In this document: positions 13,411-25,130 of the stretch, one piece after another
Layout of the letters: each line of letters begins with the position of its first letter
Position numbering within the stretch: position 1 is the first letter of the stretch
NCBI GenBank assembly: GCA_032718475.1
Contig: JAUCBJ010006710.1
Span: 4,680 to 68,679, forward strand
Length of the DNA: 64,000 bases
Direction: 5' to 3'
From: Nemertoderma westbladi
Taxonomy: Eukaryota > Animalia > Xenacoelomorpha
Made by a program: the position numbers and the translations under genes
Notes under the pieces: generated by a model
What the model was told of the DNA's origin: nothing
The model's database searches: none
The model's input: the letters and a program-made list of their open reading frames with translations, nothing else

Positions 13411-13965
13411 CTGGACAACCACACACACAACTGGACAACCGCTACACACAACTGGGCAACCATACACACAACTGGACAACCACACAAACAACTGGTCAAC
13501 CACTACACACAACTGGACAACCATACACACAACTAGACAACCAAACACACAACTGAACAACCAAACACACAACTGGACAACCACACACACAAATGGACAA
13601 CCAAAGACACAACTGGACAAACACTACACACAACTGGACAACCACACACACAACTGGACAACCAAACACAATACTGGACAACCATACACACAACTGGACA
13701 ACCACACACACAAATGGACCACCATACACACAACTGGACAACCACACACACAAATGGACAACATACACACAACTGGACAACCACACAAACAAACATTAGC
13801 AACCAACACAAACAACAACTACACATACAACTGGAGAACCACACACACACACCCCGACACCCCCCAAATGAAACATGATGTGTGTGTGTGGTTGTCTAGG
13901 TGTGTGTGTGGTTGTCTAGGTGTGTGTGGTTATCCAGGTGTGTGTGTGGTTGTCTAGGTGTATGT
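13372..13965. repeat. ~20-bp minisatellite (CACACACAACTGGACAAC)n with a few inverted terminal units
   Basis: About 25 tandem units are visible; inverted GTGTGTGGTTGTCTAG units at 13880-13960. Confidence 0.9.
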
Positions 13966-14796
13966 GTGTTGGCAAATATACCAAAGGGCTAACTTTGCAA
14001 GCTATTTTTCCGCTATTGTGCTAACTTTTCCAAAGTGCTAACTCAAAGTGCTAACTCGTGGTCCTTGCAATCTGAAACTTTGTCAAAACGTTTTTTAGAC
14101 CATTTCCCACAAGTTAGCATTTTACCACTTTTGCAGTCCAGTGTGTCATGTGTATGAAAAACTTGGCCCCCCTTAGCGGCATTATGGGAACTGGTACTTT
14201 TCAAACACACTTAAACACTCAAGAGTATGGAATGGCCATAATGCTAACTTACAAACACACTTCTTACACTTACATTCCATTTGTACCAACTACCAAGTGC
14301 TAAATGATTATAAGACCGCAAATACCCTAATACGCTAACTCGCTGAATGTTAATTGCGAATACCCCTCCGTTTCGCGAATAGCCAATTGTACACGTATAA
14401 CCTAATAATAAAAGCGTTTTGCACAAAATGCGGGGGCGCGAAAGTGTTAACTTATTACTTTTAGATAGTCTTTGAAAGTACCTAACCCGATAACTGTGTA
14501 TTGTCATGGAAACGTAATGGTTTCTTACCTGGACATTCATACAATGTATTTCAATTTATTGCACAGGCGACATATTATTATGTAGTGAGTGATTGCCGTG
14601 GAATGGAAATACATAGATATATTGACAATCGTTATTTCAAAATTCATCCGGTCTAAATGTTGAGATACCCCAAATTGAGGTTCTAAATTTGTGAATATAT
14701 TAGTGAAACAATTTTATGGTTAAAGAGAAAACTCTATTTGTTTTTACGTGCCTATACAGTTTTTATCCCTGAGTCAGACTACAGCCAGACAGCACA

Positions 14797-15652
14797 ATGT
14801 CCCCGCTCTTAATCTCCACAGTTTTCATCGTTCTGGGTCGTTTCGTTGTGGCAGAACCATCCGATCCGCGGGGTAACAATGCAACCCACCCAATACCCGT
14901 ATTGGACTGGTTTGCGGAACACCCTCTCGCTACCGTTTCGAACTGCCGCGCCGAATCGACGGAGATGTGGTCGACGAGTGGATTTAGCCTCTACTGCTCT
15001 CGTCGGGGAAGAAGATCTTGGGTCTCCTCTCCACGATCTAGAGGCCTAATCGCTAAACTCTGTCTTCTGTCTCTGGCTGGGGATATTGAGACCAACCCAG
15101 GACCCAGCAGGACGCGGGCCCCGAAGATCAACTGTCCCGTCTGTCAACGAGGAACAAACTCTCGGAGTAAGATCGTCCAATGCGAGAGTTGTGACACATT
15201 TGTACATTTAAAATGTTACCGTAGGAAACGCAGTAATTTATTCTCCACCAGAAACAATCTTGAACCAAGTTTTCTCTGCAATAGCTGTATTTTTACCGAA
15301 CTTCCCTTTCATGATACAATTTTAGAATCAGAAACCGACGATTCATTTCTCACATCACCTCTGCAAACTCCAAGTGATGCTGAGAGTGAAACTTTTAATT
15401 TTTTTAAGAAAAAAGGTCTGCATTTTTTGCATTTAAACGCACGATCTCTGCTTCCAAAACTTTCCGAAATTCGTATTTTAATCAATAAATCCAACCCAGC
15501 AGTTTTAACAATCTCTGAAACTTGGCTCGATGATAGTGTTTCTGATGGAGAAATTTATATTGATAATTACGTAGTTTTACGTAAGGATAGGGACAGACAC
15601 GGTGGTGGTGTCTGTACTTACATTCGATGTGATTTAGCTTTTAATCGTAGGA
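14797..15652 (+). pseudogene. 5' part of a CR1/L2-type LINE ORF: 2A-like peptide, PHD finger, APE N terminus; truncated by the LTR of element A
   Basis: LLSLAGDIETNPGP; CPVC..CESCDTFVHLKC..CNSC; LHLNARSL, ISETWL, RKDRDRHGGGV. The ORF-track tail after 15652 is LTR sequence. Confidence 0.85.
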
Positions 15653-16823
15653 CCGCAAGGTACCGTTATAGGTGTTTTAACGGACATAAAAGTCATTCTT
15701 CTATATACGTGCTTTGGAGGACATGGTAAGGCAAAAAACCCGCAATGCACCAAATACCCTTGCACAGCTTAGCCTTGATGATTCAGATTACGACATCTAA
15801 CAGCTGGTTGCTGACATGGAAACGGCCATTGTACACATGGTTCTTTGTTTGCTTAACAGCCAATCAGAGCGATTTTTTCTGTCGATGTGGAGCCTTTTAG
15901 CAGATCATGCTAGGAGTGTTCAGTCTTACTGTTTTTCTTGATACTGTTGTGTTGTTTCTATCTAGGCCAGGAACACCGGCTCTAGAGTCAATTCGTTTTC
16001 ATACTTTAGAAGAAACATTAGTAGGCTTAAATTATAGAGCGTATAACTGTTATCATAACATAACAATCAGTGCATAACAATCGGTGCAACTCCGTTCAGT
16101 CTTGCATTATCGGTTCAACATACATTGTTGTGCTGCTGTTTGCTGTTGTCATATTTTGTATCAGTTGGTTGAATATTATTTGGAGAACATCTATAAAGAA
16201 CCCAAATTTCCCAATTTTCTTGATACACTACAGGTTAGAGAGACGGGTTATATATAGCGATTGCGACTTATATTATTGTGGTTTGTAGTGAATTTAATGC
16301 TATTTGATAAGCACTACATGAGTCAGTTGCTGTTCTCTTTATATATGATAAAATTCATTGACGGTCGGCAAATTAGTGAGCAGTATTGTGTGTTACCGGT
16401 AGTGTGCATGATTGTGGCTGATAACTAAGCATTTCCTAAAGAATGCGCCTCATACGTGAATCATAAGCCTTACCGACTTACCGTTGTGATTAGTATAAGT
16501 CATATCTCTGTTTACCTAGATAGAGCGCCACGTCCTAAAGGAACTGTTAATATTTCCCGAAAGTGAATAATATTAGTCAGAAATTATTTATTAACGATCA
16601 ATCGAATAATACAGTAAGCTTACACTGCAATAATAATCTAAGCCCTCAGAATCCAGTCTCCCGGGTATATCCAGCGGGTGAATGGACGCGCACTAGGCTG
16701 GCTTCTGCTAATGTTGTGTTTATTGGTATTAAATATTTGTCAACTTCTAAAGTCTATTTGTAAACCAAAAGACATATAAATTTTGGCAGGTTAAACTGCT
16801 AAAGGTCTTCAAAAGCGCGTACA
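15653..16823 (+). repeat. 5' LTR of element A (lacks the first 37 bp)
   Basis: Matches 48167-49337 (one mismatch seen); ends GCGCGTACA. Confidence 0.93.
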
Positions 16824-16889
16824 ATAACAGTTATTGACTTTATTGCAGTAAGCAATAAAGTTGAAAGTACCGGTCGACCGGTAAACTTG

Positions 16890-17770
16890 AACCGGTACTT
16901 CTGTAGGTCAGTAGGCCCAACTGCCAGAACCGGTACTGCTGTAGGTCCGTAGGTCCAACTGCCAGAACCGGTACTTCTGTAGGTCTGTAGGCCCAACTGT
17001 CCTAACCGGTACTTCCAGTATAAGTACATTAGTATTATTCGATTTTGATTATTGTATACCGGTAGGTCTCGATATTAAATCGGGGACGCCTGGTTTTTAT
17101 TGGGATCTTACTTAGGTCTATTTCTGTCAGTTTTATTTCCTAGTAAGTTAATATTGAGCTGAAGACGTGTAAGTCTGCTCAGATTGTTCAGATAACTGTA
17201 GGCCGGACTGTTGTCGGATTGTTGTTGGGTTTGGAGAGATTACGGCGTGTGTGGAGTTTGTCCGATAGAGTGCCAGTTAGTAAGTTGGGGCAGCCATAGC
17301 TGTAAGGTCAATCCCCTCTCAAAGAATAAGTCGTACTACCGTGTTAGAACGCATACTAACTAACCATTTTGGAATCTGCACATACTGTAGTTTATTTAGG
17401 CTTGACAGTATTCTGCCAGCGTTTTGGCCTGTGTTTGTTTGTGTGGTCTGTTCAGGTACCGTAATAGTTATTACTCAGATATTTTGTAGGCTGGATTGTT
17501 GTCTAGCTATTATTAGGTCTGAAGAGATTGCTGCTTGTGTAGAGTTTGTCTGATAAAGTGCCAGTTAGTAAGTTGGGGCAGCCATAGCTGTAAGGTCAAT
17601 CCCCTCTTAAAGAATAAGTCGTACTACCGTGTTAGAACGCATACTAACTAACCATTTCGGAATCTGCACATACAGTAGTTTATTTAGGCTTGGTGGTAGT
17701 CTGCCAGCGTTTGGTTTGTATTTTGTTTGAGTATTCTGTACGGGTAGCGTAATATTTATTATTCAGAGTT
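16890..17770 (+). repeat. Tandem repeats in the long 5' leader of A: ~37-bp unit (3-4 copies) and a ~288-bp duplication
   Basis: AACCGGTACTTCTGTAGGTC.GTAGGCCCAACTG repeated at 16890-17020; TGCCAGTTAGTAAGTTGGGG block at 17271 and 17559. Confidence 0.85.
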
Positions 17771-18724
17771 TATGCGATTATTCGCAACATTTATGTCCCC
17801 AAGTTTATTCCTACAGTAATTGTGCTTGTTACACATACCGTTATAGTTAAATTAACCCCGGTACTACACGGGCTGCTTGGCGTAGGAAAAGACTGGTGAC
17901 TTTGTGCACCGGTCACTCCAGCAGATGCCGTGGTTCTTTTAACTGTTCAAGTATATTTAACTACTGATTATTTGTTGTACCAGTACTTGTACCTAATTTA
18001 GGGTTTAGTGTACAGTGCTTTCCGAAAGTAATTAGTGTGTAGGCAGTATATTTGTGTTGTAAAGTGGTTAATAGGCACGTTGGATCTAGTAGTCCGCGGT
18101 AATTAACTTCTAGGTAGGAACACTCCGTGATACATAACGTAGTACCTATAGCGATGCGGCTATAGGTCGTCAGGCGGTGGTATTTTCCTATCTGGACAGT
18201 GCAATATATTTACTACTACTTATTATTTACAAATACCGTAGTACCCTGTCCGTTGTAATAACCAGAATTCTAACCCTTTGTGAGGCTGGTTTGTAGACTT
18301 CCTCTAAAATTACCCTAAAATTTCGTACGTAATATTTTGTTGTGTTTAATTAGAGATTTAATCTCACCCGTATCGTAAGTAATTTGTAGTATTAAGTAAC
18401 TTAGGTAAATTAGAATTATCAGTTTTTAGTGTCCAATAAATAGCACTTCACTGAGAGTGCACAGCTTCTGTGTAGTGACTTCCCCCAGAAATAATAACAT
18501 TTATTTCAAATATTGACAAAACCCATTTTAAACGGGTATATATCTATTATAAATCATCTCAAACGATTTATAAATAGTTTACAATACTTATATATACTAT
18601 AAGTGTATACCAGTATTGTAATATACTGCAATAAATTACCGGTACTAGGCCAACGGTCATACTGAATTACTAGACTTACTTTAACTGTAACTATAGCAGT
18701 AAGCATTCAACTGTATAGCTAAAC

Positions 18725-21700
18725 ATGTCTGACACCCAGCAAAACCTGTCTGACAGTCTAATCGATACAACCATCTGTGACACAGATAGGAGTGTGGAGC
18801 GATTAAGAAAGGAGTTCAGCTCACCTCCTACTGAAAGAAAGGTCATCCTTCCAGTAGTAGTATCAGACCCTAAGCTAATCCAACACCGTAGGTCTATCAT
18901 CGGCACTCGGGCCCAAGTCAAGCGGAACCAGGAAGCAGCTGTCCAGCAGCAGCAACATCCTAGTCAAGAAACTTGTTCCCAGCGATCAGATAGCTCCAGT
19001 AGTTCGGATACTGTAGAGCTGACCCCCGAACGCGGATTGCAGATGGCGCCTACAGCCTACTCGGACCCCCTTCTCACCCTTCCTGCCGCAGTACTAACTA
19101 CTATATTGATTGCGGTGGAAGAACATCAAGCCGATTGGGCGAGAAATATGAGAGCGACCCAAGATAATTATGCGGGATACGCCAGGGAAGAATTGATGTC
19201 TGTTGTCGAGTCACAATGGAACTTTCCCAGACCCGGACTCCCGTTAGATTTGTCCGAGGCTACTTGGGAAGATATACACAGGATGGGAGTGGCTAAAGAT
19301 ACGATGGATCCAGCTGTTTGGAAGAGGTCGGCAGGAGGATATGTGCAGGGATTCTTCGGCTCCTTAGAGCGATTGGAAGAACAATGGTTTCGACAACCCC
19401 AAGGACCTCAAGAGCAGGAAGAGCTGCTTTATCAAGTACGTGAAAGAACCCTACGCATTAGACTAATCCTATCAGCCTTTGAGGAAACTTCCAAAAGAAG
19501 ACAGGACACGTCGCTGCAGGTTGCTGTCAAAACTTGGTTCCAGCGGGTAGGTCTCAAAGTACAAGAAACGGCCCAGTGGAAATCCCAGCTGGCTGAGAGA
19601 CTAACTTATGAAGAACCAACCGATGCCACCCTTTCTCAAGTGGAAAGCGAAGTGACCGCAGAGAGACCACGAACGAGAGACGCCATCGACATTTATCTGT
19701 CCGACTATCAGCGATTCTTAGGAGACGAAGAGTTGAGGAGACGGCTGTCTGGACTTTCCCCTAATAGTGAAGGAACCCAGCGTGTGTTGGACTCAATCGA
19801 TGCTGAAATGTTAGCTGCAAACCAAGCTGAATTTGATGAAAAACTTCGCCTCGCTAGAGTCCAGGAAGAAGAAGTAAAGAAAAGGCGGATAGAGGACCGA
19901 AAAGCAGCGGCAATCGCAGAAGCAGAAGCGGAAAGAAAGGAGGCAGCGGCAAAAGCAGAAGCAGAAGCACAAAGAAAGGCGGAAAAGGCAGTGGCAGAAG
20001 CAGAACGTAGAGCGTCTGAGCAGACTACCCAACTGGAGTTGGAAAATCTGCAAGAGACGCAAGACAACATAAATAAACAGTTAACTGCTAGTCGAATGCA
20101 GATGATGAGACGATCTACTCCAAAACGCCAGGGATACACATCATCGGAGGAAAGCGAAACCACCGATCCTGAAGGCGGAAGAAATAGATCTCGTTTAAGC
20201 AGGCGTAGAAAAACATCTCACCGCCACAAATTGCCTAATTTGCCCCCGGCGGTTAGAAGACAACTAACTAGCGCAGACTTAGGCAATACAGAACCCACAG
20301 AACAAATTATTCGGGTCAAAAGACTCCCTACAATAGTTGATGAGCCTGAAATAATTAGGCCTGTCGTTCCCAAAGTCACTTCTGTGCTAGAGACCCCTGT
20401 ACTTCCAGAGCTTAACTCTAAATTCCCTTTACACAGTACTACACTGCCTGCACCCGGTAGAATAGTCCATGAGAATATCCCTGTCCTGGAAGCAGAGAGA
20501 GAAATCAAAGATTTGTCTCCTGTCGTCCAGCGTCGGCCCGCTACAATGTTGGCGACTCCCGCTTCGGCGGTCGAGTGGGTAGAGGAGGGACGGCGGGGGA
20601 TGAACCTCCTGCTCGGACAGATGCAGGAGACTGTCCACCAACTTAAGGGAACAGTAAGGGAAGGTAGGGCAGAATTGCAGGAAGTGCAGCAAAGTATCGC
20701 ACTGGAACGCGACAAATTAGTCAATATACAAAAGGGCATACCAATACCCCCTGTAACATTGTGTCAACCTGTTAGGTCTGAAGTATTACATGCGCAAGGT
20801 GTGGAGCCTACACGCATCTATACTGCTGGTGAAGTAGAAACTCCTATAGCAAACCCTATTAAGGGTGATTATAGACCTGTTATTAATGATATTCCCTATA
20901 GACATGATAATGATCCGAGAAATTTATATACCGATAATTCGATATTAAATAACACGATGGCCCAAGAAAGCTTTACGTGTCAGATGGCTAGAACAGAAGC
21001 CCGCCAAGCGGTCAAAGTGGGAGAGATCGTCAAATTCAATGGAGATGAGATGAAATGGTTACCTTTCAACGAATATTACAAAGACAGCATACAGAACTCT
21101 GTACTATCTAACGGAGAGAAACTTAGGTTCCTCATCAAGTGCTTGGAAGGACCTCCCAAGTTAATGGCGTTAAAGTTTATTGGACATCCAGAAGGATTAA
21201 GACAAGTTTGGGATACATTAAACATCAGGTATGGTAACCAGGATAACATAGCTAAGTATTTGTATGCAAAATTAGTAGCCCCCCAAAACTTCCTTAGTAG
21301 CGGGATTATAGAGTTTTCCGATGAGATTCAGGAGATCTGTAGACAATTGGACTGGTTAGGTAAGTCTCATGAATACCAGAGTTCCATGGTTATTGGAGCA
21401 GTAGTCTCTACTTTACCAAAGGGTGGAGTATGTACACGCTGGGACAAGAAAGTGTTGTATATGAATGAGCAACAACGACGAAGCCCTACCATGGCTGACC
21501 TCATGTCCTTCTTAGATGGTGAAGTAAAACTACAACTCATCAAGCAGTCCAGAGAAAAAACATCGGAAAATAAGGTAAGTGAGAAACCCACTTCTAGGAG
21601 AAGAGTAACACCAGTGTGTTACACTGACGACGGCGAAAGCCAAGCTTCTCAAGAAGAGGACAGCGGGAAAGACACTGATAGATCTTACTACGTTGAAAAA

Positions 21701-22498
21701 ACCTCAAAGGACGTAAGTAAATACAAGGCTCGAAACAACGATAGGAGAGAACAGGTTGCCAAGACCCCTCCTCAGTCTCCTAACAGAATGCACCGAAGAA
21801 AGCCCGAAGAAAGAACGAGAGTGCATCAGGTTACCCAAGGTAAAGTGAGTAACATAAAACCCAACTGTGCGCTGTGCGACGGGACCCACCGTTTGAGTGC
21901 GTGTGCTGAATTTCTAAAGAAATCCCTTGTAGACAGACGTGCAGTCGTGTGGGATAAGCGGTTATGCTATAATTGCCTTAGACCAGGACACCAACGGCGA
22001 ACCTGTTACTCCGACGTAAGGTGTGCAAAGTGTAGCGCGAAACATCACATCTTGTTACACAGTGAGTTCGACCGAGACAACCCGAGTCAGGTAAGTGAGC
22101 CCGAACTACATGTCCAATTCAGTGATGTAAACGACACTGATCAAGAATCTGAGATGGAAGGATTCTATACTGACGAATTCTCCGACGCCAACGAATCCTG
22201 TTATCTAATCAATACCGCAGTGTATCGAGCACTTACTTATGAAAAGGACACCAACAATGAGTTTCCCCCAACTACTTTTGCCAGACAACCATCTTGGAAA
22301 GCTCCAACTTCCAACGTAGGAATCAGAGAATTTCCTGTAGTGCAGGTAAGAGTTCACGGTCTTAACAAAAGTTACATAGTGAACGCCCTCCTTGACTCCG
22401 GCAGCACAGGAACATTCATCGATCAAGAACTAGCCGAAGATATCTTTGCCGGACAACCCAAATTCCGGACTAACAGCCACTGCAAACCTATGCGGTAA
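18725..22498 (+). CDS. gag: Element A Gag plus start of the aspartic protease
   Basis: KFNGDEMKWLPF (DUF1759-like), the BEL/Pao triple knuckle CALC..H..C / CYNC..H..C / CAKC..HH..LH, and ALLDSGS. The frame breaks shortly after the protease motif. Confidence 0.9.
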   Translation: MSDTQQNLSDSLIDTTICDTDRSVERLRKEFSSPPTERKVILPVVVSDPKLIQHRRSIIGTRAQVKRNQEAAVQQQQHPSQETCSQRSDSSSSSDTVELTPERGLQMAPTAYSDPLLTLPAAVLTTILIAVEEHQADWARNMRATQDNYAGYAREELMSVVESQWNFPRPGLPLDLSEATWEDIHRMGVAKDTMDPAVWKRSAGGYVQGFFGSLERLEEQWFRQPQGPQEQEELLYQVRERTLRIRLILSAFEETSKRRQDTSLQVAVKTWFQRVGLKVQETAQWKSQLAERLTYEEPTDATLSQVESEVTAERPRTRDAIDIYLSDYQRFLGDEELRRRLSGLSPNSEGTQRVLDSIDAEMLAANQAEFDEKLRLARVQEEEVKKRRIEDRKAAAIAEAEAERKEAAAKAEAEAQRKAEKAVAEAERRASEQTTQLELENLQETQDNINKQLTASRMQMMRRSTPKRQGYTSSEESETTDPEGGRNRSRLSRRRKTSHRHKLPNLPPAVRRQLTSADLGNTEPTEQIIRVKRLPTIVDEPEIIRPVVPKVTSVLETPVLPELNSKFPLHSTTLPAPGRIVHENIPVLEAEREIKDLSPVVQRRPATMLATPASAVEWVEEGRRGMNLLLGQMQETVHQLKGTVREGRAELQEVQQSIALERDKLVNIQKGIPIPPVTLCQPVRSEVLHAQGVEPTRIYTAGEVETPIANPIKGDYRPVINDIPYRHDNDPRNLYTDNSILNNTMAQESFTCQMARTEARQAVKVGEIVKFNGDEMKWLPFNEYYKDSIQNSVLSNGEKLRFLIKCLEGPPKLMALKFIGHPEGLRQVWDTLNIRYGNQDNIAKYLYAKLVAPQNFLSSGIIEFSDEIQEICRQLDWLGKSHEYQSSMVIGAVVSTLPKGGVCTRWDKKVLYMNEQQRRSPTMADLMSFLDGEVKLQLIKQSREKTSENKVSEKPTSRRRVTPVCYTDDGESQASQEEDSGKDTDRSYYVEKTSKDVSKYKARNNDRREQVAKTPPQSPNRMHRRKPEERTRVHQVTQGKVSNIKPNCALCDGTHRLSACAEFLKKSLVDRRAVVWDKRLCYNCLRPGHQRRTCYSDVRCAKCSAKHHILLHSEFDRDNPSQVSEPELHVQFSDVNDTDQESEMEGFYTDEFSDANESCYLINTAVYRALTYEKDTNNEFPPTTFARQPSWKAPTSNVGIREFPVVQVRVHGLNKSYIVNALLDSGSTGTFIDQELAEDIFAGQPKFRTNSHCKPMR

Positions 22499-22554
22499 GA
22501 ACTAGAGTAGGTTGGTACTTTACTGGCCCTTCCCGCAGGACTCTCGAAGAGAGA

Positions 22555-25130
22555 ATGCCACAAGAACGAATATACCAAGTAAACGATTGGGAAGTGGAGA
22601 GCAGTGAGGTGGACGAACTAACTGAGGAAACACCATACTCTTCAGATAATGACGACATCTACCAACTCTTCGATGAAGAGAACACAATCGACCTACTCAC
22701 AGAAAACCAAACTTGGAAAAATCAGGTGAACCTATGTCAACTGATTCGCCCATCGGAACCCATCGCTTACAATGACGAACTAAACGATGAGATAGAGCGC
22801 TACAACGCTAGAACTCAGGACGAACTAGCCGTACGATTCTTTACTCAAGAACTTGTAGAGCCCAATTCATATGATAAGGCCCTATCGATAGAAGAAGAAA
22901 GAGCCAAGCAAATCCAGGAAACAACTACACGTTTTTTAAAGGACCAAGGTAGATATGAAATCGGCCTACCATTTCGAAAACGAGAACCTAGATTTATAAA
23001 TAACAGACCCTTGGCAGAGAAAAGAATCGCTCAATTACATCGACGCCTTACGGCTAATGCTTCAGCTAAAGAAATGTACCAAACTCAGCTGAAGAAATTT
23101 ATAACAAAGGGATACGCGGAGCGAGTACCGGAAGGAACACCAGTGACTGAGAGAACGTATTACTTAACACATCATTATGTTCCCAAACCCGGTAAACCCC
23201 ACGAAGTACGAGTCGTATTCGATGGCTCCGCCCTATATATGGGCCAATCCCTCAATTCTGAGTTGTTACCAGGACCCAACTTACTCCAATCTTTGTTGGG
23301 AATACTTTTAAGATTAAGACAATATTCCATCGCGTTCGCCTCCGATATAGAAGGAATGTTCTTACAAGTCAAAGCGCTGGATAGAGATAGAGACAGCCTG
23401 AGATTTCTGTGGTGGCCGGAAGGAGACCTCAATCAGAAACCGGTAGAGTACTGGATGACCATCCAGGCTTTTGGAATCATATCAAGCCCTTCCAACGCCT
23501 GCTCCGTGGTGTGAACCACTACGAATGACAACCGAGACTCCTTCTCAAAAGAGGTGATAGACAACATCAAACGGAATATATACATGGACGACAATTTAAG
23601 GTCCCTTCCATCAGTAGAAGAAGCCATAGATGTCGCTAAAGGAACGGTAGAGTGTTTGAAAAGAGGTGGATTTCGACTGACGAAATTCACCAGCAACTCC
23701 CGTGAGTTTCTGGAAGCGATACCGGTAGCAGACCGAGGAGCGAAAGACCTAGACTTAATAAAGGACGATCTTCCTGAAACCAAGACGCTTGGCTTGAAGT
23801 GGGACACTGAAAGAGACATCCTGTTTTTTCAGTTAAAACAGCGAGATAATCCAGTTCGGACCAAACGGATTTGTTTAAGTATCCTGAGCACTTATTTCGA
23901 CCCATTGGGATTTATTAGCCCAGTTATATTGATTGCTCGGAGTTTAGTACAACAAATGTGGCTTGAAAACCACTCATGGGACGATCCGCTTAAGGGAGAA
24001 TTGTTAATGAAATGGATGAAATGGGAAGATTATCTACCTGCCATCGAGAACTTTATAATTTCCCGTGCATATTTTGGCCATGTTCTTCCTACGTATTCTT
24101 ATCAACTCCATGTGTTTGGAGACGCCAGCGACATGGGAATAGGTATAGTAGCATATCTGCGAGTCGAAACTCCGGATGGAATCAAAGTCGCCTTGGTTAC
24201 CTCTAAGGCATTGATTAACAACAAGTTAAAGGTTCCTCGAGCGGAGTTAAAGGCGGCTTTATACGCTACAGCCATCGGCCGGAACGTAACGGAACAAATC
24301 GACTATCCACTGGAGAAAACGGTTTATTGGACCGACGCTTTACTCGTGTTGGAGTATCTAACCAATGAAGTCTGTCAGTTCAGCGTTTTTGTTACTAACA
24401 GGGTAGCTATTATTCTTAGTCGCACAAAGATAGATCAATGGAGACATTGCCCTGGTACGATTAATCCAGCCGATATCGCCTCCAGGGGAGCAACTCCACA
24501 GGAACTGATAGATACTCCAGACTGGTTGGGTGGACCCGACTTCCTGAGCAAGGAAGAGGATGAATGGCCTCCTCACCTTACTACGGCGGAGATTAGACAA
24601 GCCAAGGGAGCGGAGACAGTCAAACCTAAAACCCGGGCGAGTAAATCGAAGCTATTTAAACCGACGATCGATCTATCTGTATTACATACTTCCGGAAATG
24701 ACGCTTCGGATCCACAATCCCTCGCCACAAATAAGTCGGTTGTGGAAATTAGAGATAGAGATTGGAAATCTGGAATACCAGACATCTCGCAAGGAATCTC
24801 ACCCATGCTGCAGAGAGCAATGCATCACTACAGTTCCTGGAATCGGCTCTGTAAAGCCGTCACATATTTAAGGAGATGTTTTCATCATCACTACTCCAGG
24901 ACGAAGACCATTAGTGATACCGCTCCATTGACATCTGCGCAAGTTCATGTTATTAAAATTTTACCCAAATATAAAACATCCGACCGGTTTCTAAAGGAGA
25001 AAATTAGTTACCAGGAGTATGAAGAAACCAATAAGCAGATACTGAGACTCCTGCAATGCTATGAGGATTCCGATAAGTATTTCCTGTTGTTGAGAAATCC
25101 GCAGATGCGCTTAAGGGATCGATTCTCTAG
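22555..25130 (+). pseudogene. pol: Element A RT and RNase H (in-frame TGA at 23512; interrupted by element B)
   Basis: YYLTHH, VRVVFDGS, SDIEGMFLQV, IYMDD, FGDAS, PRAEL, WTDA, NPADIASRG. Confidence 0.9.

Noticed and set aside
13314-13957. Several overlapping His/Thr- or Cys/Val-rich ORFs
   Set aside because: Translation artefacts of the minisatellite.
16070-16763. Small ORFs duplicated at 48584 and 49077
   Set aside because: They are duplicated only because they lie in the LTRs of A; non-ATG starts and no motifs.
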